Assembly: GCA_964016885.1 (NCBI GenBank)
Contig: CAXHJY010000364.1
Span: forward strand, 1-36,077
Origin: Eledone cirrhosa
Lineage: Eukaryota
DNA length: 36,077 bases
Reading direction: 5' to 3'
Position 1 is the stretch's first letter, and the number at the start of each line of letters is the position of its first letter. A program made the position numbers and the translations under genes. The notes below the pieces were generated by a model. The model was not told the DNA's origin and did not search any database. It saw only the letters and a program-made list of their open reading frames with translations. Of the stretch, positions 11,675-23,516 are shown one piece after another.

Positions 11675-12598
11675 AACAAAGTCAATCTGTAAACGCAGAA
11701 CTGGATATTTCAAAAAACGTTGCAACCGGAGGAAGACAGGAAGACGATACTTTGGTTCGTGGTAACGTTCGCTGGCAAAGAACGGGAAAAAACGAATAAT
11801 ACGTCATTAATAGGAGCGGTGAAAAACAATTACGCGCAAAGACAAAACCACGTTTATGGTATAAAAGAGGTCGTAGACTAATGTTCTCTTAGGTGGTGCA
11901 TAGAGACGTTCTCTGGCAATGAACGAAAAAGCGAAGATAATAAGTCATATGTGGAGCGTGGAGAACAATAGCACGCAAAGACAAAACCACGTAAATGGTA
12001 TAGCAGAAATCGTAGACTAAAATTCTAACTAGGAGACCAAATGAATCTCCGCTACAGAGTTAAGAACAAAGTAAATAAATACAATACAGAAGTAATAGGA
12101 ACAAATAAATACATACACGCAAACAGATACGTACATACACAAGCATACGCAAAACCTTACCATGGGTATACAAAACCACGCACATATAAATATGTGTGTG
12201 TATGCTTGTGTACAAATAAATAAATAATTATATAAACGTATATAAGTAAATAAATGCGTATATAACAAGCGCACACGCATACCTACATATAAATACACGA
12301 ATGTTCGGAGACTTAAGTCAACTAAAACAAGAAGTACACATATACACACACCCACCATACGTACGAACCTGCACACTCACGCGGACGCAAAACTCCCGTA
12401 TACACATAGCCAAACCCTAAATACCAGAATATGTAAAAATGATACGCTATAACAGTCAAATATACGTACGAGAAGGTATACATACCTTCACAAAACATAC
12501 GGGTAATAAATACTTACCTATGCAATTACGTAAAGGAATAAACAAAACATATACTTAGCTCCCGCATCAAGACGTAAAATATCCACGTATAGATCGTG

Positions 12599-14678
12599 CT
12601 ATCCGTTAGGGTATAACGTGGGGCTGTAATACAGGAAAGTTTTGTGCAATTTATGTTTACAAGCCGAAATTGCCTCAGATTTTTTGTTTAAGATGTGGTC
12701 TATAGCGTAGAGTATTTCCAGGGCCTCAGCGGCGCAGAGGTCACATGGTCTTTTATTTCCGTTATACGATCTAGCCCTAGCTAGGATCTCCCAGTGTAAC
12801 TTATATTGGGTGTGGTTGTCTTTTAGACTCCAGATATAAGCTGAAAGTGACGTCATATTCCTTCTTAGAGGGTAACGAAAAGAATGGGTATGCATGTAAA
12901 GACGCTGCTTGAAACTATTGGCGGTTAACCCTATGTAGGCCCTACGGGACGTGGGTGTTACAACCTTACATTTGTAGACAATGTTACTAGAGAGGCATTT
13001 CCCGGATAGGGGGCAATCAGCCCGATTCCTACAATTACAGTTAGTACTACCTACAGGGTTGCACGTGTTCCTACGGCTAGGTAGTTTAGCTAAATTTGAA
13101 GCTGTGATGTTATGTGCAAGGTTAGGAGTCGTAGAGTAAGAAATTTTAATAGTATTTCTATTAAAAATTTTACTATGTTTATGTGTAGGGGGAAAATGCT
13201 TCGTAATAAGGGAAAGAAAGATTTTAGCTAATGGTGTGGCCACCTCCATATTATATGGTGGGTTAAACCAACAAATGCGACGGGATCTATTTCTTCTAGG
13301 TCTATTTTTGTACACTGTATATGCTACCTTATCGACAAATCCACTTCGAGCAAGAGCTTCATTGTAATAAGTGGAATGGTCGTTGAAAATGCGCTCGTTG
13401 GTGGAAAGACGGGAAAGCCTCAACGAAACGTTCCTTACCAGGTTCTTGGTTATGCTGGCAGGATGGTTGGAATGCTTACTTATGTAATTAAGCGTATCAT
13501 TCGGCTTTCTATACGGGTAATACAACCCATTCAATAAATTGAGGGTAACGTCGAGGTAATTAACGACCGAGAGATTGGCCTCAACCTGTATAGAGAGATT
13601 GAAGCCTTTAAAGAAGGCTGTGAGTTCTTTTCTGAACCTGTCGCAAGCACGAGGTCCGCACTTAGTCATGGTCAAAAGACCATCGTCACGGTACAAACCG
13701 CCGCCCGCGTTGGGGAATTCGTCCTTGATAGAGAAAAGAAGGAAAAGGCCAATAAGATCAGTAACCTCCGCAGAGTCACTGGCGCCCATACTCACGTCGA
13801 ATGGGGTACTGTTGGATTTTTTTAATCCAAATAGAGTCGTCAAAATTAATCACCGACTTTCGGGCATTAAGGATGACATCAACTTCAAAATCCTTAAACC
13901 ACTGTGAGTGTTTTAGCGAAATTGATAGCTCTAAGGAGAAGTGGTAAAGTGATGGAGGAGTAGTAATTGTTGATGTCGAATTGGATAAAACGGCAATGTT
14001 CCTTGTTACATATGCCGTTGAACCAATCAATCACCGCGAAAGAATTGTTCCACAGTGCGAGAGGGGCCAAACTTCTAATTTCAGGTATAATTCTATCAAG
14101 AATCGTTTTACTAAGTCTACCTAAATCGGACTTCGTAGGGTTAATAAGCCGAATAGAGGGGTTGTTCGGAAAATTGGATTTGTGATCCTTCAGGGTAAAG
14201 TGGGGAGAGATAGGGTCCAGAGGTTCGGTCCGGTCCAGGATGTTGAGATCAGATGTGATTTTAAACCCAGCATCGTTGATTTCATTGATGACGCACCGAT
14301 TAGTTTTACGGTAATCCTTAGTTACAGCATTATGTAGTAGTTGATGGTAAGTACTGCGCTCCACTTGATATAACTTGCCAGTTTTGTCGGAATGGACGTA
14401 CACGGCGTTAGAATCCTTAATAGAACGAATTCTACTCTTCAGGTCTTGCTGGAAGCAATTGCTCCTATTCCGAAATTTGATATTCCGAATGAGTTCCAAG
14501 ACATCATTTTCTAAGGGTAGCAATGCTGGGTTCCACGGAGGGTTATTATAAGTTTTAAATCCAAATTTATCCTGTTTGTTGTCTGCTTTACGCGGATTAT
14601 CGAAATAAAAGGCACGCCAACGCAACCTTTTAATGAACGCGTCTATTTTCTGTATCGGGAGTTTTAGGTATGTTTTCC
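12599..14678 (-). pseudogene. PLE C RT-GIY-YIG ORF, 5'-clipped, with two frameshifts (~13900 and ~13820)
   Basis: KTYLKLPIQKIDAFIKRLRWR...SDKTG...IQFDINNYY / VILNARKSVINFDDSIWIKK / PFDVSMGA...YRDD...CNCRNRADCPLSGKC...VY..YIG...CDLC, spread over three frames and collinear with the copy B protein. Confidence 0.9.
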
Positions 14679-14752
14679 ATCGTCTTCCTGTCTTCCTCCG
14701 GTTGCAACGTTTTTTGAAATATCCAGTTCTGCGTTTACAGATTGACTTTGTT

Positions 14753-14803
14753 AGTTTCAGAAGATCCCGTTAAGGGTGAAAGCAGCGATTCTTTGCTTAA
14801 ACT
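14753..14803 (+). ncRNA. Hammerhead-like motif, variant core CAGAAGA (PLE C right arm)
   Basis: AGTTT-CAGAAGA-TCCC GTTAA GGGT-GAAA-GCA..TGCT-T-AAACT; three stems present, with U4A and a U.U pair at the base of stem II. Confidence 0.6.
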
Positions 14804-14914
14804 TTAATCTGTTATTTTAATAAATATTTGCTCTACGGTTCTTATATATTTGATATATATTTTCCTTATCGAGCCCTCTTTGGATTTTAGTCTTCAATTT
14901 TATTATTATTACTA

Positions 14915-15753
<839 letters not shown>

Positions 15754-15975
15754 AATTAAGTTAAAAATGTACATCTACATATGCATACTGAAATACTAGT
15801 ATGCATATGAATACACACACGTATACATATGTAGATGTAACAAGTCTTTCACTGGTTACTTTATTGTGAGTAACCCAGCTATTCTGTATGTAAACACACA
15901 GACAAACCGGTTTTTAGAGTCATACTGGTTTTCGAGGAAACACCTTTCCTCTATTCTCCAGAAAGCCAGACAAGG

Positions 15976-16020
15976 AATATTGAACTAGTTTCGTTGTTGT
16001 TACAACTCATCAGCAATATT
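15976..16020 (-). ncRNA. Minimal type I hammerhead ribozyme (retrozyme family 2)
   Basis: AATATTG-CTGATGA-GTTGT AACA ACAAC-GAAA-CTAGT-T-CAATATT; canonical core, palindromic stem III. Confidence 0.92.
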
Positions 16021-16065
16021 TACCTATCTACCGGCCTTTCTGGAGAATCGTAAAAGCACATATCG

Positions 16066-16114
16066 TTATATGCTTTTTCTATGAAAATTAGTAGTGGGCA
16101 GACTAATTTGCATA
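16066..16114 (-). promoter_or_regulatory. Putative snRNA-type promoter module of family 2 (also 16552-16600)
   Basis: Minus strand TATGCAAATTAGTCTGCCCACTACTAATTTTCATAGAAAAAGCATATAA aligns with the family 1 module. Confidence 0.5.
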
Positions 16115-16461
16115 GAGTGTGAGTACGCACCGGTTCAGCGGAGACGATAAAAACAAATAACGAAACGAAATTAAATTTCAAATTTAAATTTAAATTTCGT
16201 TTCGTTTGTAACTCACTTTTGTATGACTGACGCTTAAACAATTAAGTTAAAAATGTACATCTACATATGCATACTGAAATACTAGTATGCATATGAATAC
16301 ACACACGTATACATATGTAGATGTAACAAGTCTTTCACTGGTTACTTTACTGTGAGTAACCCAGCTATTCTGTATGTAAACACACAGACAAACCGGTTTT
16401 TAGAGTCATACTGGTTTTCGAGGAAACACCTTTCCTATATTCTCCAGAAAGCCAGACAAGG

Positions 16462-16506
16462 AATATTGAACTAGTTTCGTTGTTGTTACAACTCATCAGC
16501 AATATT
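16462..16506 (-). ncRNA. Minimal type I hammerhead ribozyme (family 2, unit 2)
   Basis: Identical to 15976-16020. Confidence 0.92.
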
Positions 16507-16947
16507 TACCTATCTACCGGCCTTTCTGGAGAATCGTAAAAGCACATATCGTTATATGCTTTTTCTATGAAAATAAGTAGTGGGCAGACTAATTTGCATA
16601 GAGTGTGAGTACGCACCGGTTCAGCGGAGACGATAAAAACAAATAACGAAACGAAATTAAATTTCAAATTTAAATTTAAATTTCGTTTCGTTTGTAACTC
16701 ACTTTTGTATGACTGACGCTTAAACAATTAAGTTAAAAATGTACATCTACATATGCATACTGAAATACTAGTATGCATATGAATACACACACGTATACAT
16801 ATGTAGATGTAACAAGTCTTTCACTGGTTACTTTACTGTGAGTAACCCAGCTATTCTGTATGTAAACACACAGACAAACCGGTTTTTAGAGTCATACTGG
16901 TTTTCGAGGAAACACCTTTCCTATATTCTCCAGAAAGCCAGACAAGG

Positions 16948-16992
16948 AATATTGAACTAGTTTCGTTGTTGTTACAACTCATCAGCAATATT
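16948..16992 (-). ncRNA. Minimal type I hammerhead ribozyme (family 2, unit 3)
   Basis: Identical to 15976-16020. Confidence 0.92.
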
Positions 16993-17064
16993 TACCTATC
17001 TACCGGCCTTTCTGGAGAATCGTATATATACATATATATATATACATATATATACATATATATA

Positions 17065-17239
<175 letters not shown>

Positions 17240-17502
17240 GTATACAGTTGCGCAGTTGAAGTATAAGGACGTGTTTTTACTTCTCTCCCCGAGTAAGCAG
17301 CAAGTCACACAGCCACAAAACAAAACCACAAAACAAAACCAAACAAACAAAAATTGACCGGTTAATACATTTACATACATCTATATTATTATATATTTGA
17401 AACCACGTGTTTTCGAACTTGTGAGTACATTTTCCTTTAACTACAAATTATTATTATATACTTTCGTCTTTTCATTAACTTAATTAATTTCAAATAACCA
17501 GA

Positions 17503-17602
<100 letters not shown>

Positions 17603-17733
17603 TCATATTTATATATATACTCTTCTCACTCACACACAAGAAAAACAAAAAACAAAAATAAATCAAAAATAAATTTTAAAAAAATATATATATATTGAAA
17701 TACTTAACTAAAACACACACACTCAAAACTAGA

Positions 17734-18885
17734 ATGGCTAACCAGCAAAAATCCAAACAGAACTGGTCTGATAATGAAATCGACATTCTAATAAACACAT
17801 GGCATTGCCTTACCCAAACAGAAGACATAGATGCTTCATCTCTGAACGACATTGCTAAACGTACAGTTCAATTTTTGAAAACTCGATCTGAACAACAGAT
17901 TCAAAATAAATTAAAGCAAATCGAAATTGCTTTTAAATTAATCAATAAACATTTGGATAAACTACGGTGTGTTCTTTCTTCGAATGCTGTCCAGCAGCAG
18001 CAACAACAACAACAGCAGCTACAACGGCAACAACAACAACAGCTACAACAACAACATCAACAACAGCAACAACAACAACAACGACAACAACAGTGTGAAC
18101 CACTCCTTGATTCATCAACAATGGCCGATCTACTAAATGAAACTATTGACCCCCCAGTAACCTCTGTCTCACAGCATGAAACGCCACATCCTTTCTCTGG
18201 CCCAGCAGTCCAATCATCACCACTGCCAACATCTCTGCCTACTACTACTACTACTACTACTACATTTTTGTCTACTGCTATGTCAAGGAATTTACCTTCT
18301 AATACCAGAACAAGAACTCTCCCTCCCACAGTCCACAAAGGTCGTCAAATCCTACCCAAACCATCATCTACACCTCTCACAACATTTACACCCACATACC
18401 CACCCACTCGAAACCCCATCATTTGCCGCTACTCTCTACGCTATAGAATATGTACGGATAGTGGCTGCAAATTCACCCATTTACCTAGGACAAAACGATC
18501 TATCCCCACAAACAGCCACCACCATAATACATACTCTAATTTAACACCAACACAACCACCAATAACTCAAACAAGGAATCCACAAATCTGCCGCTTTTCG
18601 CTGCGAGACAGATTGTGTTTAGACCGGGATTGTCCCTTTACCCATCTCCCGGGGACCCGTCGGACAAATGAAAATAAAATTAAAAATAAAAGCAAAAACA
18701 AAAACCATAACCTACATAAAAATAACCACTACCACAGTCACCAACAGTTTTCTAAACAGGAAACTTCTTCCTCTTTTTTAGCCATAATGAATCTGGCAAA
18801 AGAACTGGAAAAAAACATTCGAGCTATCACCCAGCACCACCCTCCACTATCACCCCACTGCACAAACTCCCATTGCTGCCATTAA
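17734..18885 (+). CDS. LINE ORF1: N-terminal Myb/SANT-like helical domain, polyQ and polyT tracts, two CCCH-type zinc fingers
   Basis: NWSDNEIDILINTW...RSEQQIQNKLKQI; CRYSLRYRICTDSGCKFTH and CRFSLRDRLCLDRDCPFTH (C-x8-C-x4-C-x3-H). First ATG at 17734. Confidence 0.78.
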   Translation: MANQQKSKQNWSDNEIDILINTWHCLTQTEDIDASSLNDIAKRTVQFLKTRSEQQIQNKLKQIEIAFKLINKHLDKLRCVLSSNAVQQQQQQQQQLQRQQQQQLQQQHQQQQQQQQRQQQCEPLLDSSTMADLLNETIDPPVTSVSQHETPHPFSGPAVQSSPLPTSLPTTTTTTTTFLSTAMSRNLPSNTRTRTLPPTVHKGRQILPKPSSTPLTTFTPTYPPTRNPIICRYSLRYRICTDSGCKFTHLPRTKRSIPTNSHHHNTYSNLTPTQPPITQTRNPQICRFSLRDRLCLDRDCPFTHLPGTRRTNENKIKNKSKNKNHNLHKNNHYHSHQQFSKQETSSSFLAIMNLAKELEKNIRAITQHHPPLSPHCTNSHCCH

Positions 18886-21800
18886 CAAACAAACAAATTA
18901 ACAACACACCAAAACAATTAAAACCATCCACTCTCGCCTCTACATTTTTGCTTAACGCCCAAGGCATCAGCCCTTCCACCAATACTCAAAAATGGAAGAT
19001 CAAATTCCTGGAGGACTGGATTGATGTCCATCCAAACCACATCCCTTTCTTCGTCCTCACTGAAACCCATCTCAGTAACCTCCACTTGGAAGCCGAGGTG
19101 AAAGTGAAAAATTTCAAAGCCATCCGTGCTGATCGCGCTGGCAGAAGAAAGGGCGGAACTGCCATTTATGTCCATAATTCTTTCTCAACAGATGCTATGA
19201 ACATATTCACTAATGGATACTGTGAAGCAGTCACTGTATTCAGTCAAACCAACAACCTATTAGTAGTTGGGCTCTATAGGCCACCCCAAACGCCTGTACC
19301 ATGCTTCAAGGAATGCCTCAACAGCATAAAGTGTTTCATCCAAGAGTGTCACCCTGACAACATCTTAATGATGGGGGACTTCAACCTCCCCGGAGTTGAC
19401 TGGTCCACAAACAGCCTGCCACCAGGTTCTTCTGCCTCAACCTCTGACAGGGAAGCTGTGGAATCGCTTCTTGACTTCATGGATGATTTCTTCCTATCCC
19501 AACTGGTGCTCGAACCAACGAGGTGCCACAAAAACGTCCTAGACTTAATTTTCAGCAATCACACTGACAATATCCACAATATTGCAGTGGAGAAAACTCT
19601 ACTCTCTGATCATGACATGGTTCTCTGTGATCTGAGATTCCACCGTCCAATATACAAACCCAATGTCATCTCTCCTGTCCATCCGTTTGACGCTATGGAT
19701 TTCCACAATGCAAACTGGGAAGCGATCAGTCATGATCTTGCACATGTCGACTGGTCCTTCACGCATACTCATACACCCACTAACATCAAAAAGTCCTGGC
19801 AGACATTTGTGGACACTGTTACAAACATATGTGCTAAACACACCCCATTAAGAACTATAAACAAATCTAAGAGCAGAATCCCTAGAAATAGAAAAACGCT
19901 CATCAGAAAAATTAAGAGAACGAACAAAAAAATCAACAAGCTGAAATACTGCCAGCAGCAACACATCAACTTGACTGCCATTTCATCACTAGAGATTAAA
20001 AAACATAACCTCCAAAACAACATAATGTCCCTCATCAACAATCAGAGAAGAGCTGAAGAGGCCTGGGCCATTGAGAAGATCAAACTCAATCCCAAAGTGT
20101 TCTTTTCATTTGCAAAAAAACACAAAATCACTGGCTCTACTGTTGGCCCTCTAATTGATGAAAATGGCACTCTTCAAGACAATGCTAAAACCATGGGTGA
20201 GATACTGCAGAAACAATACTGCTCTGTTTTCAGCAATCCTGATATGGCCGATCTGGGCTGTATCGGCGATGTTACTCCCCATTACACCTTATCGGACATA
20301 ACGTTTGGCGCCCCTGATGTCTTGGCGGCAATAAAGGAAATCAAGCATAATTCAGCAGTAGGTCCCGATAGGTTCCCTGCTTGTGTCTTGAAGGCGTGTC
20401 AACACCAACTTGCATCTCCTCTTGCCAATCTGTGGCGGAACTCACTGGATGCTGGATATGTGCCAGAAAACCTTCTATCCCAGTCTGTTGTCCCAGTTTT
20501 CAAAAAGGGAAACAAATCCCTTGCCGTGAATTACCGTCCAATCTCACTCACCTCTCATGTCATTAAGGTATTTGAGAGAGTGGTGAGATCGCGAATGACC
20601 CACTTCCTTGAGAGTAACAATATGCTGAACTCCAACCAGCATGGATTCCGTAATGGAAGGGATTGCCTGACGCAGCTACTGCATCACTTTGATGACATTT
20701 TGAGAGCCTTGGGAGAGGGTTCCAACACTGATGTTATCTACCTTGAGCAAGGCCTTTGACAGGGTTGATCATAACATTCTACTGAGAAAGCTGTCCAATA
20801 TTGGTGTCACTGGAAAGCTGCTGCAGTGGATCAAGAGCTTCCTGTCAAACAGAACCCAACATGTTGTAGTTGAGGGAGTCAAATCCAGCCCAGCCAAAGT
20901 CAGTAGTGGGGTCCCACAAGGCACTGTGTTGGGCCCACTTCTCTTCATCATCTATATTAATGACATCACTGACATCATCAAACACAGCAACATTAAAATT
21001 TTCGCTGATGATTCCAAGCTCCAAAAGGTCATGAATGGCGTGGATGACCGGATAAGCCTTCAGTCAGACCTACTGGCTGTTACCCAATGGGCGGAAAAGA
21101 ACAACATGTTACTGAACGAAGACAAATTCGAACTGATCCACTTTGGAAAAGAGGATGCTCTGAAACTCCCGTACTCCCTTCCCTCCGGGGAAACTCTCGT
21201 GGCATCTAACAACATCAGAGACTTGGGAGTAACCGTGGACAGCAACATAAGCTGGACCACGCATATAAGCAGCAAAGTTGACATGGCCCGCAGAATGTGT
21301 TCCTGGATCCTCAGAACCTTCCAGTCGAGAGATTCCCGCACCATTATCCTTCTCTTCTCTACTTTTGCCCGACCACACCTTGAATACTGTTGTCCACTGT
21401 GGTCTCCCCACACGAAACAAAGTATCATGAAACTTGAAGCTCCTCAAAGGGCAATCACGAAAAAGATAGATGGCATGTCAGACCTTGACTACTGGGGTCG
21501 ATTAGAAAACCTGAAACTTTACTCACTCCAACGTCGCCGTGAGCGTTATATTATCTGCATGATGTGGAAAATGTTCCATCATCACTGCCCAAATGATGTT
21601 GGCATCGCCTTCAAGATACACCCAAGGCTTGGGACCCGTGCTATCCGTCCCATTCAAAAATCTAAATCGCAACTCATAACAACAATACGGCACAATTATT
21701 TCACCTCAATCGGCCCTGCTCTCTTCAACATCACACCAGGACACGTCAAAACAGAAACTGACCACACAAAATTCAAGAAGTCTTTGGACAAATTCCTCCA

Positions 21801-21888
21801 AGTAATCCCGGACAAACCACCCACACCCGGATATGTCTCCGCAAACAGTAATTCTCTTCTCGAATGGGCCATGGTGCCCAAATCCTGA
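18756..21888 (+). pseudogene. LINE ORF2 (AP endonuclease + reverse transcriptase), broken by a frameshifting deletion of about 5 nt at ~20746
   Basis: LTETHL, GLYRPP, MGDFNLP, VLDLIFS, LSDH (APE); GPDRFP, NYRPISLTS, NQHGFR, DVIYL|SKAFD (DF lost), [25 protein letters not shown]. Confidence 0.92.
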
Positions 21889-21973
21889 ATTAAAAGACTT
21901 CGCCAGGTGGTGCTATTAAGTTAGACATAGCCTGGGCCAATACTGGCCAAAACATTTCAAAGTTATTCAAAGT

Positions 21974-22097
<124 letters not shown>

Positions 22098-22098
22098 C

Positions 22099-22152
<54 letters not shown>

Positions 22153-22292
22153 GAAAAGTGTAATTTTCTACACAAAACGAAGGTTATAGAGAAAATTGAG
22201 GTTGGTAATGGCACATGGAATATATAAGAGACAGAATACTTTTTTGTGAAAAAACATAATTTTATAAGGTAAGGAAATAATAAAGGGTATAA

Positions 22293-22340
22293 AAAATGAC
22301 CGGTTTCGATGGGTCTGCAAAAGCCATCTTTTCAAATGTT
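22293..22340 (-). ncRNA. Minimal type I hammerhead ribozyme, U3-A8 variant (PLE D 3' pLTR)
   Basis: AACAT-TTGAAAA-GATGG..CCATC-GAAA-CCGGT-C-ATTTT; palindromic ACCGGT stem III; one mismatch in stem I. Confidence 0.78.
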
Positions 22341-22647
22341 GATTAATATTAAGAAAAATTAATAATACGAAGAGTTAAAATTTGAGACTTGAAAATTCAA
22401 GTATAAAATTCATTGTGGGATTTCATAGCAGTTTTCATCTAGGTAGCAACAACAGGTTGACTGCTGTGTCCCTTTCTGGTAGTGAATGAGAAGTTATTTG
22501 GGGTGTGGGTTATTTTATAAAGGTCAGATTTAGCAATAGCCAGCTGCTGGTCAGTGAGGGGGTGGAAGCAATATACACACACATATATCTTCCTGTGATG
22601 GGTAGGAGAGTGGAGCGTGATAGAAAAGGATTTAGTGCACTTACACC

Positions 22648-22690
22648 TATATATACACACATACCTTCATCCACACATACATACATATAC

Positions 22691-22731
<41 letters not shown>

Positions 22732-22800
22732 CACACATACATACACACACACATACATATACATACACACATACACACACACACACATACATATACACAT

Positions 22801-22853
<53 letters not shown>

Positions 22854-22892
22854 TATATATACATACACATACATCCAGATACACACATACAT

Positions 22893-22925
<33 letters not shown>

Positions 22926-22930
22926 CACAC

Positions 22931-22983
<53 letters not shown>

Positions 22984-23296
22984 TACACACACACATATAT
23001 ATATACATACACACATACAAACATACACACACACACACACACATATATATACACACATACACACACATATATATACACACACACACACACACATGCATAT
23101 ATATATATATATACACATACGCATACATCCAGATACCCACATACATACACACACACACACACACACACGCACACACAATACATACATCCACATGCACACA
23201 CATACTCACACACACACACACACACATACATACACCCACACACAGAGAAATGGCCTTCAAATATATATATATATATATACATACAGACACATATAT
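22648..23296. repeat. Mixed (CA)n/(TA)n microsatellite within the PLE D 3' UTR
   Basis: Seen directly. Confidence 0.9.
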
Positions 23297-23516
23297 TTTT
23301 TCCATAATATAAGAAGTTGGGGCAGTGAAATTAAAATAATTCTGTGTGCGCATATATATATAGATATATGTGTGTGCACGTGCAGGGTTTAACATGGATG
23401 TGTTGGTCACACAAAGGCATGGTCTGTCAATGAATAAACCTGATTCTACAGAATTGGTCTCTGGTCTTTAATAGTAGTGATTCCGTGCGTATGTGTGTTT
23501 ATATTTTATGACAATT

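Larger units (their letters stand above)
11600..14914 (-). mobile_element. Penelope-like element C (second Naiad-like family) with 149-bp inverted repeat (11600-11748 / 14679-14827) and an extra ~85-nt tail on the right arm
   Basis: Inverted repeat read directly; RT-EN remnants between the arms; (TA)n flanks. Confidence 0.9.
15754..17023 (-). mobile_element. Retrozyme-like family 2: 486-bp non-coding HHR monomer, ~2.6 tandem copies
   Basis: Near-identical units starting at 15754, 16240 and 16726; one HHR per unit; (TA)n flanks. Confidence 0.88.

Noticed and set aside
8150-14678. Selenocysteine (in-frame UGA) recoding, described for some Naiad PLEs
   Set aside because: Conserved Cys motifs are ordinary Cys codons; breaks in copy C are frameshifts, not UGA.
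11600-14827. DNA transposon with 149-bp TIRs
   Set aside because: The interior encodes PLE RT/GIY-YIG and the repeat is the ribozyme-bearing 3' end; one arm extends further, so these are inverted pLTRs.
16020-16727. Repeated 73-aa ORFs (and the 132/136-aa ORFs at 3109-4198)
   Set aside because: Incidental frames across non-coding ribozyme/promoter repeats; not conserved between the two related families.
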